This document shows, one piece after another, positions 12,001-24,000 of a stretch of DNA of 64,000 nucleotides. Under the pieces are notes generated by a model that did not search any database, was not told where the DNA came from, and saw only the letters and a list, made by a program, of their open reading frames with translations. How positions within the stretch are numbered: the first letter of the stretch is position 1; each line of letters opens with the position of its first letter. Source of the DNA: Squalus acanthias (taxonomy: Eukaryota); contig JASTWF010000327.1 in the NCBI GenBank assembly GCA_030390025.1, positions 1 through 64,000 on the forward strand, given 5' to 3'. A program made the position numbers and the translations under genes.

Positions 12001-15000
12001 AGGGTCGGGCTAGGTCACTGAGGGATGAAGGAGGCGAGTGTGCAGTGGAGAGTCAGGGTCGGGCTAGGTCACTGAGGGATGAAGGAGGCGAGTGTGCAGT
12101 GGAGAGTCAGGGTCGGGCTAGGTCACTGAGGGATGAAGGAGGCGAGTGTGCAGTGGAGAGTCAGGGTCGGGCTAGGTCACTGAGGGATGAAGGAGGCGAG
12201 TGTGCAGTGGAGAGTCAGGGTCGGGCTAGGTCACTGAGGGATGAAGGAGGCGAGTGTGCAGTGGAGAGTCAGGGTCGGGCTAGGTCACTGAGGGATGAAG
12301 GAGGCGAGTGTGCAGTGGAGAGTCAGGGTCGGGCTAGGTCACTGAGGGATGAAGGAGGCGAGTGTGCAGTGGAGAGTCAGGGTCGGGCTAGGTCACTGAG
12401 GGATGAAGGAGGCGAGTGTGCAGTGGAGAGTCAGGGTCGGGCTAGGTCACTGAGGGATGAAGGAGGCGAGTGTGCAGTGGAGAGTCAGGGTCGGGCTAGG
12501 TCACTGAGGGATGAAGGAGGCGAGTGTGCAGTGGAGAGTCAGGGTCGGGCTAGGTCACTGAGGGATGAAGGAGGCGAGTGTGCAGTGGAGAGTCAGGGTC
12601 GGGCTAGGTCACTGAGGGATGAAGGAGGCGAGTGTGCAGTGGAGAGTCAGGGTCGGGCTAGGTCACTGAGGGATGAAGGAGGCGAGTGTGCAGTGGAGAG
12701 TCAGGGTCGGGCTAGGTCACTGAGGGATGAAGGAGGCGAGTGTGCAGTGGAGAGTCAGGGTCGGGCTAGGTCACTGAGGGATGAAGGAGGCGAGTGTGCA
12801 GTGGAGAGTCAGGGTCGGGCTAGGTCACTGAGGGATGAAGGAGGCGAGTGTGCAGTGGAGAGTCAGGGTCGGGCTAGGTCACTGAGGGATGAAGGAGGCG
12901 AGTGTGCAGTGGAGAGTCAGGGTCGGGCTAGGTCACTGAGGGATGAAGGAGGCGAGTGTGCAGTGGAGAGTCAGGGTCGGGCTAGGTCACTGAGGGATGA
13001 AGGAGGCGAGTGTGCAGTGGAGAGTCAGGGTCGGGCTAGGTCACTGAGGGATGAAGGAGGCGAGTGTGCAGTGGAGAGTCAGGGTCGGGCTAGGTCACTG
13101 AGGGATGAAGGAGGCGAGTGTGCAGTGGAGAGTCAGGGTCGGGCTAGGTCACTGAGGGATGAAGGAGGCGAGTGTGCAGTGGAGAGTCAGGGTCGGGCTA
13201 GGTCACTGAGGGATGAAGGAGGCGAGTGTGCAGTGGAGAGTCAGGGTCGGGCTAGGTCACTGAGGGATGAAGGAGGCGAGTGTGCAGTGGAGAGTCAGGG
13301 TCGGGCTAGGTCACTGAGGGATGAAGGAGGGCGAGTGTGCAGTGGAGAGTCAGGGTCGGGCTAGGTCACTGAGGGATGAAGGAGGCGAGTGTGCAGTGGA
13401 GAGTCAGGGTCGGGCTAGGTCACTGAGGGATGAAGGAGGCGAGTGTGCAGTGGAGAGTCAGGGTCGGGCTAGGTCACTGAGGGATGAAGGAGGCGAGTGT
13501 GCAGTGGAGAGTCAGGGTCGGGCTAGGTCACTGAGGGATGAAGGAGGCGAGTGTGCAGTGGAGAGTCAGGGTCGGGCTAGGTCACTGAGGGATGAAGGAG
13601 GCGAGTGTGCAGTGGAGAGTCAGGGTCGGGCTAGGTCACTGAGGGATGAAGGAGGCGAGTGTGCAGTGGAGAGTCAGGGTCGGGCTAGGTCACTGAGAGG
13701 ATGAAGGACGAGTGTGCAGTGGAGAGTCAGGGTCGGGCTAGGTCACTGAGGGATGAAGGAGGCGAGTGTGCAGTGGAGAGTCAGGGTCGGGCTAGGTCAC
13801 TGAGGGATGAAAGGCGAGTGTGCAGTGGAGAGTCAGGGTCGGGCAAGGTCACTGAGGGATGAAGGAGGCGAGTGTGCAGTGGAGAGTCAGGGTCGGGCTA
13901 GGTCACTGAGGGATGAAGGAGCGAGTGTGCAGTGGAGAGTCAGGGTCGGCTAGGTCACTGAGGGATGAAGGAGGCGAGTGTGCAGTGGAGAGTCAGGTCG
14001 GGCTAGGTCACTGAGGGATGAAGGAGGCGAGTGTGCAGTGGAGAGTCAGGGTCGGGCTAGGTCACTGAGGGATGAAGGAGGCGAGTGTGCAGTGGAGAGT
14101 CAGGGTCGGGCTAGGTCACTGAGGGATGAAGGAGGCGAGTGTGCAGTGGAGAGTCAGGGTCGGGCTAGGTCACTGAGGGATGAAGGAGGCGAGTGTGCAG
14201 TGGAGAGTCAGGGTCGGGCTAGGTCACTGAGGGATGAAGGAGGCGAGTGTGCAGTGGAGAGTCAGGGTCGGGCTAGGTCACTGAGGGATGAAGGAGGCGA
14301 GTGTGCAGTGGAGAGTCAGGGTCGGGCTAGGTCACTGAGGGATGAAGGAGGCGAGTGTGCAGTGGAGAGTCAGGGTCGGGCTAGGTCACTGAGGGATGAA
14401 GGAGGCGAGTGTGCAGTGGAGAGTCAGGGTCGGGCTAGGTCACTGAGGGATGAAGGAGGCGAGTGTGCAGTGGAGAGTCAGGGTCGGGCTAGGTCACTGA
14501 GGGATGAAGGAGGCGAGTGTGCAGTGGAGAGTCAGGGTCGGGCTAGGTCACTGAGGGATGAAGGAGGCGAGTGTGCAGTGGAGAGTCAGGGTCGGGCTAG
14601 GTCACTGAGGGATGAAGAGGCGAGTGTGCAGTGGAGAGTCAGGGTCGGGCTAGGTCACTGAGGGATGAAGGAGGCGAGTGTGCAGTGGAGAGTCAGGGTC
14701 GGGCTAGGTCACTGAGGGATGAAGGAGGCGAGTGTGCAGTGGAGAGTCAGGGTCGGGCTAGGTCACTGAGGGATGAAGGAGGCGAGTGTGCAGTGGAGAG
14801 TCAGGGTCGGGCTAGGTCACTGAGGATGAAGGAGGCGAGTGTGCAGTGGAGAGTCAGGGTCGGGCTAGGTCACTGAGGGATGAAGGAGGCGAGTGTGCAG
14901 TGGAGAGTCAGGGTCGGGCTAGGTCACTGAGGGATGAAGGAGGCGAGTGTGCAGTGGAGAGTCAGGGTCGGGCTAGGTCACTGAGGGATGAAGGAGGCGA

Positions 15001-18000
15001 GTGTGCAGTGGAGAGTCAGGGTCGGGCTAGGTCACTGAGGGATGAAGGAGGCGAGTGTGCAGTGGAGAGTCAGGGTCGGGTCGGGAGATGAAGGAGGCGA
15101 GTGTGCAGTGGAGAGTCAGGGTCGGGCTAGGTCACTGAGGGATGAAGGAGGCGAGTGTGCAGTGGAGAGTCAGGGTCGGGCTAGGTCACTGAGGGATGAA
15201 GGAGGCGTGTGCAGTGGAGAGTCAGGGTCGGGCTAGGTCACTGAGGGATGATGAAGGAGCGAGTGTGCAGTGGAGAGTCAGGGTCGGGCTAGGTCACTGA
15301 GGGATGAAGGAGGCGAGTGTGCAGTGGAGAGTCAGGGTCGGGCTAGGTCACTGAGGGATGAAGGAGGCGAGTGTGCAGTGGAGAGTCAGGGTCGGGCTAG
15401 GTCACTGAGGGATGAAGGAGGCGAGTGTGCAGTGGAGAGTCAGGGTCGGGCTAGGTCACTGAGGGATGAAGGAGGCGAGTGTGCAGTGGAGAGTCAGGGT
15501 CGGGCTAGGTCACTGAGGGATGAAGGAGGCGAGTGTGCAGTGGAGAGTCAGGGTCGGGCTAGGTCACTGAGGGATGAAGGAGGCGAGTGTGCAGTGGAGA
15601 GTCAGGGTCGGGCTAGGTCACTGAGGGATGAAGGAGGCGAGTGTGCAGTGGAGAGTCAGGGTCGGGCTAGGTCACTGAGGGATGAAGGAGGCGAGTGTGC
15701 AGTGGAGAGTCAGGGTCGGGCTAGGTCACTGAGGGATGAAGGAGGCGAGTGTGCAGTGGAGAGTCAGGGTCGGGCTAGGTCACTGAGGGATGAAGGAGGC
15801 GAGTGTGCAGTGGAGAGTCAGGGTCGGGCTAGGTCACTGAGGGATGAAGGAGGCGAGTGTGCAGTGGAGAGTCAGGGTCGGGCTAGGTCACTGAGGGATG
15901 AAGGAGGCGAGTGTGCAGTGGAGAGTCAGGGTCGGGCTAGGTCACTGAGGGATGAAGGAGGCGAGTGTGCAGTGGAGAGTCAGGGTCGGGCTAGGTCACT
16001 GAGGGATGAAGGAGGCGAGTGTGCAGTGGAGAGTCAGGGTCGGGCTAGGTCACTGAGGGATGAAGGAGGCGAGTGTGCAGTGGAGAGTCAGGGTCGGGCT
16101 AGGTCACTGAGGGATGAAGGAGGCGAGTGTGCAGTGGAGAGTCAGGGTCGGGCTAGGTCACTGAGGGATGAAGGAGGCGAGTGTGCAGTGGAGAGTCAGG
16201 GTCGGGCTAGGTCACTGAGGGATGAAGGAGGCGAGTGTGCAGTGGAGAGTCAGGGTCGGGCTAGGTCACTGAGGGATGAAGGAGGCGAGTGTGCAGTGGA
16301 GAGTCAGGGTCGGGCTAGGTCACTGAGGGATGAAGGAGGCGAGTGTGCAGTGGAGAGTCAGGGTCGGGCTAGGTCACTGAGGGATGAAGGAGGCGAGTGT
16401 GCAGTGGAGAGTCAGGGTAGGGCTAGGTCACTGAGGGATGAAGGAGGCGAGTGTGCAGTGGAGAGTCAGGGTCGGGCTAGGTCACTGAGGGATGAAGGAG
16501 GCGAGTGTGCAGTGGAGAGTCAGGGTCGGGCTAGGTCACTGAGGGATGAAGGAGGCGAGTGTGCAGTGGAGAGTCAGGGTCGGGCTAGGTCACTGAGGGA
16601 TGAAGGAGGCGAGTGTGCAGTGGAGAGTCAGGGTCGGGCTAGGTCACTGAGGGATGAAGGAGGCGAGTGTGCAGTGGAGAGTCAGGGTCGGGCTAGGTCA
16701 CTGAGGGATGAAGGAGGCGAGTGTGCAGTGGAGAGTCAGGGTCGGGCTAGGTCACTGAGGGATGAAGGAGGCGAGTGTGCAGTGGAGAGTCAGGGTCGGG
16801 CTAGGTCACTGAGGGATGAAGGAGGCGAGTGTGCAGTGGAGAGTCAGGGTCGGGCTAGGTCACTGAGGGATGAAGGAGGCGAGTGTGCAGTGGAGAGTCA
16901 GGGTCGGGCTAGGTCACTGAGGGATGAAGGAGGCGAGTGTGCAGTGGAGAGTCAGGGTCGGGCTAGGTCACTGAGGGATGAAGGAGGCGAGTGTGCAGTG
17001 GAGAGTCAGGGTCGGGCTAGGTCACTGAGGGATGAAGGAGGCGAGTGTGCAGTGGAGAGTCAGGGTCGGGCTAGGTCACTGAGGGATGAAGGAGGCGAGT
17101 GTGCAGTGGAGAGTCAGGGTCGGGCTAGGTCACTGAGGGATGAAGGAGGCGAGTGTGCAGTGGAGAGTCAGGGTCGGGCTAGGTCACTGAGGGATGAAGG
17201 AGGCGAGTGTGCAGTGGAGAGTCAGGGTCGGGCTAGGTCACTGAGGGATGAAGGAGGCGAGTGTGCAGTGGAGAGTCAGGGTCGGGCTAGGTCACTGAGG
17301 GATGAAGGAGGCGAGTGTGCAGTGGAGAGTCAGGGTCGGGCTAGGTCACTGAGGGATGAAGGAGGCGAGTGTGCAGTGGAGAGTCAGGGTCGGGCTAGGT
17401 CACTGAGGGATGAAGGAGGCGAGTGTGCAGTGGAGAGTCAGGGTCGGGCTAGGTCACTGAGGGATGAAGGAGGCGAGTGTGCAGTGGAGAGTCAGGGTCG
17501 GGCTAGGTCACTGAGGGATGAAGGAGGCGAGTGTGCAGTGGAGAGTCAGGGTCGGGCTAGGTCACTGAGGGATGAAGGAGGCGAGTGTGCAGTGGAGAGT
17601 CAGGGTCGGGCTAGGTCACTGAGGGATGAAGGAGGCGAGTGTGCAGTGGAGAGTCAGGGTCGGGCTAGGTCACTGAGGGATGAAGGAGGCGAGTGTGCAG
17701 TGGAGAGTCAGGGTCGGGCTAGGTCACTGAGGGATGAAGGAGGCGAGTGTGCAGTGGAGAGTCAGGGTCGGGCTAGGTCACTGAGGGATGAAGGAGGCGA
17801 GTGTGCAGTGGAGAGTCAGGGTCGGGCTAGGTCACTGAGGGATGAAGGAGGCGAGTGTGCAGTGGAGAGTCAGGGTCGGGCTAGGTCACTGAGGGATGAA
17901 GGAGGCGAGTGTGCAGTGGAGAGTCAGGGTCGGGCTAGGTCACTGAGGGATGAAGGAGGCGAGTGTGCAGTGGAGAGTCAGGGTCGGGCTAGGTCACTGA

Positions 18001-21000
18001 GGGATGAAGGAGGCGAGTGTGCAGTGGAGAGTCAGGGTCGGGCTAGGTCACTGAGGGATGAAGGAGGCGAGTGTGCAGTGGAGAGTCAGGGTCGGGCTAG
18101 GTCACTGAGGGATGAAGGAGGCGAGTGTGCAGTGGAGAGTCAGGGTCGGGCTAGGTCACTGAGGGATGAAGGAGGCGAGTGTGCAGTGGAGAGTCAGGGT
18201 CGGGCTAGGTCACTGAGGGATGAAGGAGGCGAGTGTGCAGTGGAGAGTCAGGGTCGGGCTAGGTCACTGAGGGATGAAGGAGGCGAGTGTGCAGTGGAGA
18301 GTCAGGGTCGGGCTAGGTCACTGAGGGATGAAGGAGGCGAGTGTGCAGTGGAGAGTCAGGGTCGGGCTAGGTCACTGAGGGATGAAGGAGGCGAGTGTGC
18401 AGTGGAGAGTCAGGGTCGGGCTAGGTCACTGAGGGATGAAGGAGGCGAGTGTGCAGTGGAGAGTCAGGGTCGGGCTAGGTCACTGAGGGATGAAGGAGGC
18501 GAGTGTGCAGTGGAGAGTCAGGGTCGGGCTAGGTCACTGAGGGATGAAGGAGGCGAGTGTGCAGTGGAGAGTCAGGGTCGGGCTAGGTCACTGAGGGATG
18601 AAGGAGGCGAGTGTGCAGTGGAGAGTCAGGGTCGGGCTAGGTCACTGAGGGATGAAGGAGGCGAGTGTGCAGTGGAGAGTCAGGGTCGGGCTAGGTCACT
18701 GAGGGATGAAGGAGGCGAGTGTGCAGTGGAGAGTCAGGGTCGGGCTAGGTCACTGAGGGATGAAGGAGGCGAGTGTGCAGTGGAGAGTCAGGGTCGGGCT
18801 AGGTCACTGAGGGATGAAGGAGGCGAGTGTGCAGTGGAGAGTCAGGGTCGGGCTAGGTCACTGAGGGATGAAGGAGGCGAGTGTGCAGTGGAGAGTCAGG
18901 GTCGGGCTAGGTCACTGAGGGATGAAGGAGGCGAGTGTGCAGTGGAGAGTCAGGGTCGGGCTAGGTCACTGAGGGATGAAGGAGGCGAGTGTGCAGTGGA
19001 GAGTCAGGGTCGGGCTAGGTCACTGAGGGATGAAGGAGGCGAGTGTGCAGTGGAGAGTCAGGGTCGGGCTAGGTCACTGAGGGATGAAGGAGGCGAGTGT
19101 GCAGTGGAGAGTCAGGGTCGGGCTAGGTCACTGAGGGATGAAGGAGGCGAGTGTGCAGTGGAGAGTCAGGGTCGGGCTAGGTCACTGAGGGATGAAGGAG
19201 GCGAGTGTGCAGTGGAGAGTCAGGGTCGGGCTAGGTCACTGAGGGATGAAGGAGGCGAGTGTGCAGTGGAGAGTCAGGGTCGGGCTAGGTCACTGAGGGA
19301 TGAAGGAGGCGAGTGTGCAGTGGAGAGTCAGGGTCGGGCTAGGTCACTGAGGGATGAAGGAGGCGAGTGTGCAGTGGAGAGTCAGGGTCGGGCTAGGTCA
19401 CTGAGGGATGAAGGAGGCGAGTGTGCAGTGGAGAGTCAGGGTCGGGCTAGGTCACTGAGGGATGAAGGAGGCGAGTGTGCAGTGGAGAGTCAGGGTCGGG
19501 CTAGGTCACTGAGGGATGAAGGAGGCGAGTGTGCAGTGGAGAGTCAGGGTCGGGCTAGGTCACTGAGGGATGAAGGAGGCGAGTGTGCAGTGGAGAGTCA
19601 GGGTCGGGCTAGGTCACTGAGGGATGAAGGAGGCGAGTGTGCAGTGGAGAGTCAGGGTCGGGCTAGGTCACTGAGGGATGAAGGAGGCGAGTGTGCAGTG
19701 GAGAGTCAGGGTCGGGCTAGGTCACTGAGGGATGAAGGAGGCGAGTGTGCAGTGGAGAGTCAGGGTCGGGCTAGGTCACTGAGGGATGAAGGAGGCGAGT
19801 GTGCAGTGGAGAGTCAGGGTCGGGCTAGGTCACTGAGGGATGAAGGAGGCGAGTGTGCAGTGGAGAGTCAGGGTCGGGCTAGGTCACTGAGGGATGAAGG
19901 AGGCGAGTGTGCAGTGGAGAGTCAGGGTCGGGCTAGGTCACTGAGGGATGAAGGAGGCGAGTGTGCAGTGGAGAGTCAGGGTCGGGCTAGGTCACTGAGG
20001 GATGAAGGAGGCGAGTGTGCAGTGGAGAGTCAGGGTCGGGCTAGGTCACTGAGGGATGAAGGAGGCGAGTGTGCAGTGGAGAGTCAGGGTCGGGCTAGGT
20101 CACTGAGGGATGAAGGAGGCGAGTGTGCAGTGGAGAGTCAGGGTCGGGCTAGGTCACTGAGGGATGAAGGAGGCGAGTGTGCAGTGGAGAGTCAGGGTCG
20201 GGCTAGGTCACTGAGGGATGAAGGAGGCGAGTGTGCAGTGGAGAGTCAGGGTCGGGCTAGGTCACTGAGGGATGAAGGAGGCGAGTGTGCAGTGGAGAGT
20301 CAGGGTCGGGCTAGGTCACTGAGGGATGAAGGAGGCGAGTGTGCAGTGGAGAGTCAGGGTCGGGCTAGGTCACTGAGGGATGAAGGAGGCGAGTGTGCAG
20401 TGGAGAGTCAGGGTCGGGCTAGGTCACTGAGGGATGAAGGAGGCGAGTGTGCAGTGGAGAGTCAGGGTCGGGCTAGGTCACTGAGGGATGAAGGAGGCGA
20501 GTGTGCAGTGGAGAGTCAGGGTCGGGCTAGGTCACTGAGGGATGAAGGAGGCGAGTGTGCAGTGGAGAGTCAGGGTCGGGCTAGGTCACTGAGGGATGAA
20601 GGAGGCGAGTGTGCAGTGGAGAGTCAGGGTCGGGCTAGGTCACTGAGGGATGAAGGAGGCGAGTGTGCAGTGGAGAGTCAGGGTCGGGCTAGGTCACTGA
20701 GGGATGAAGGAGGCGAGTGTGCAGTGGAGAGTCAGGGTCGGGCTAGGTCACTGAGGGATGAAGGAGGCGAGTGTGCAGTGGAGAGTCAGGGTCGGGCTAG
20801 GTCACTGAGGGATGAAGGAGGCGAGTGTGCAGTGGAGAGTCAGGGTCGGGCTAGGTCACTGAGGGATGAAGGAGGCGAGTGTGCAGTGGAGAGTCAGGGT
20901 CGGGCTAGGTCACTGAGGGATGAAGGAGGCGAGTGTGCAGTGGAGAGTCAGGGTCGGGCTAGGTCACTGAGGGATGAAGGAGGCGAGTGTGCAGTGGAGA

Positions 21001-24000
21001 GTCAGGGTCGGGCTAGGTCACTGAGGGATGAAGGAGGCGAGTGTGCAGTGGAGAGTCAGGGTCGGGCTAGGTCACTGAGGGATGAAGGAGGCGAGTGTGC
21101 AGTGGAGAGTCAGGGTCGGGCTAGGTCACTGAGGGATGAAGGAGGCGAGTGTGCAGTGGAGAGTCAGGGTCGGGCTAGGTCACTGAGGGATGAAGGAGGC
21201 GAGTGTGCAGTGGAGAGTCAGGGTCGGGCTAGGTCACTGAGGGATGAAGGAGGCGAGTGTGCAGTGGAGAGTCAGGGTCGGGCTAGGTCACTGAGGGATG
21301 AAGGAGGCGAGTGTGCAGTGGAGAGTCAGGGTCGGGCTAGGTCACTGAGGGATGAAGGAGGCGAGTGTGCAGTGGAGAGTCAGGGTCGGGCTAGGTCACT
21401 GAGGGATGAAGGAGGCGAGTGTGCAGTGGAGAGTCAGGGTCGGGCTAGGTCACTGAGGGATGAAGGAGGCGAGTGTGCAGTGGAGAGTCAGGGTCGGGCT
21501 AGGTCACTGAGGGATGAAGGAGGCGAGTGTGCAGTGGAGAGTCAGGGTCGGGCTAGGTCACTGAGGGATGAAGGAGGCGAGTGTGCAGTGGAGAGTCAGG
21601 GTCGGGCTAGGTCACTGAGGGATGAAGGAGGCGAGTGTGCAGTGGAGAGTCAGGGTCGGGCTAGGTCACTGAGGGATGAAGGAGGCGAGTGTGCAGTGGA
21701 GAGTCAGGGTCGGGCTAGGTCACTGAGGGATGAAGGAGGCGAGTGTGCAGTGGAGAGTCAGGGTCGGGCTAGGTCACTGAGGGATGAAGGAGGCGAGTGT
21801 GCAGTGGAGAGTCAGGGTCGGGCTAGGTCACTGAGGGATGAAGGAGGCGAGTGTGCAGTGGAGAGTCAGGGTCGGGCTAGGTCACTGAGGGATGAAGGAG
21901 GCGAGTGTGCAGTGGAGAGTCAGGGTCGGGCTAGGTCACTGAGGGATGAAGGAGGCGAGTGTGCAGTGGAGAGTCAGGGTCGGGCTAGGTCACTGAGGGA
22001 TGAAGGAGGCGAGTGTGCAGTGGAGAGTCAGGGTCGGGCTAGGTCACTGAGGGATGAAGGAGGCGAGTGTGCAGTGGAGAGTCAGGGTCGGGCTAGGTCA
22101 CTGAGGGATGAAGGAGGCGAGTGTGCAGTGGAGAGTCAGGGTCGGGCTAGGTCACTGAGGGATGAAGGAGGCGAGTGTGCAGTGGAGAGTCAGGGTCGGG
22201 CTAGGTCACTGAGGGATGAAGGAGGCGAGTGTGCAGTGGAGAGTCAGGGTCGGGCTAGGTCACTGAGGGATGAAGGAGGCGAGTGTGCAGTGGAGAGTCA
22301 GGGTCGGGCTAGGTCACTGAGGGATGAAGGAGGCGAGTGTGCAGTGGAGAGTCAGGGTCGGGCTAGGTCACTGAGGGATGAAGGAGGCGAGTGTGCAGTG
22401 GAGAGTCAGGGTCGGGCTAGGTCACTGAGGGATGAAGGAGGCGAGTGTGCAGTGGAGAGTCAGGGTCGGGCTAGGTCACTGAGGGATGAAGGAGGCGAGT
22501 GTGCAGTGGAGAGTCAGGGTCGGGCTAGGTCACTGAGGGATGAAGGAGGCGAGTGTGCAGTGGAGAGTCAGGGTCGGGCTAGGTCACTGAGGGATGAAGG
22601 AGGCGAGTGTGCAGTGGAGAGTCAGGGTCGGGCTAGGTCACTGAGGGATGAAGGAGGCGAGTGTGCAGTGGAGAGTCAGGGTCGGGCTAGGTCACTGAGG
22701 GATGAAGGAGGCGAGTGTGCAGTGGAGAGTCAGGGTCGGGCTAGGTCACTGAGGGATGAAGGAGGCGAGTGTGCAGTGGAGAGTCAGGGTCGGGCTAGGT
22801 CACTGAGGGATGAAGGAGGCGAGTGTGCAGTGGAGAGTCAGGGTCGGGCTAGGTCACTGAGGGATGAAGGAGGCGAGTGTGCAGTGGAGAGTCAGGGTCG
22901 GGCTAGGTCACTGAGGGATGAAGGAGGCGAGTGTGCAGTGGAGAGTCAGGGTCGGGCTAGGTCACTGAGGGATGAAGGAGGCGAGTGTGCAGTGGAGAGT
23001 CAGGGTCGGGCTAGGTCACTGAGGGATGAAGGAGGCGAGTGTGCAGTGGAGAGTCAGGGTCGGGCTAGGTCACTGAGGGATGAAGGAGGCGAGTGTGCAG
23101 TGGAGAGTCAGGGTCGGGCTAGGTCACTGAGGGATGAAGGAGGCGAGTGTGCAGTGGAGAGTCAGGGTCGGGCTAGGTCACTGAGGGATGAAGGAGGCGA
23201 GTGTGCAGTGGAGAGTCAGGGTCGGGCTAGGTCACTGAGGGATGAAGGAGGCGAGTGTGCAGTGGAGAGTCAGGGTCGGGCTAGGTCACTGAGGGATGAA
23301 GGAGGCGAGTGTGCAGTGGAGAGTCAGGGTCGGGCTAGGTCACTGAGGGATGAAGGAGGCGAGTGTGCAGTGGAGAGTCAGGGTCGGGCTAGGTCACTGA
23401 GGGATGAAGGAGGCGAGTGTGCAGTGGAGAGTCAGGGTCGGGCTAGGTCACTGAGGGATGAAGGAGGCGAGTGTGCAGTGGAGAGTCAGGGTCGGGCTAG
23501 GTCACTGAGGGATGAAGGAGGCGAGTGTGCAGTGGAGAGTCAGGGTCGGGCTAGGTCACTGAGGGATGAAGGAGGCGAGTGTGCAGTGGAGAGTCAGGGT
23601 CGGGCTAGGTCACTGAGGGATGAAGGAGGCGAGTGTGCAGTGGAGAGTCAGGGTCGGGCTAGGTCACTGAGGGATGAAGGAGGCGAGTGTGCAGTGGAGA
23701 GTCAGGGTCGGGCTAGGTCACTGAGGGATGAAGGAGGCGAGTGTGCAGTGGAGAGTCAGGGTCGGGCTAGGTCACTGAGGGATGAAGGAGGCGAGTGTGC
23801 AGTGGAGAGTCAGGGTCGGGCTAGGTCACTGAGGGATGAAGGAGGCGAGTGTGCAGTGGAGAGTCAGGGTCGGGCTAGGTCACTGAGGGATGAAGGAGGC
23901 GAGTGTGCAGTGGAGAGTCAGGGTCGGGCTAGGTCACTGAGGGATGAAGGAGGCGAGTGTGCAGTGGAGAGTCAGGGTCGGGCTAGGTCACTGAGGGATG

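Noticed and set aside
8200..15270. Scrambled units and indels (e.g. 10620-10650, 11340-11445) as biological insertions
   Set aside because: Non-recurrent homopolymer/dinucleotide indels and garbled patches look like low-coverage long-read consensus errors, unlike the recurrent substitutions at the right edge.
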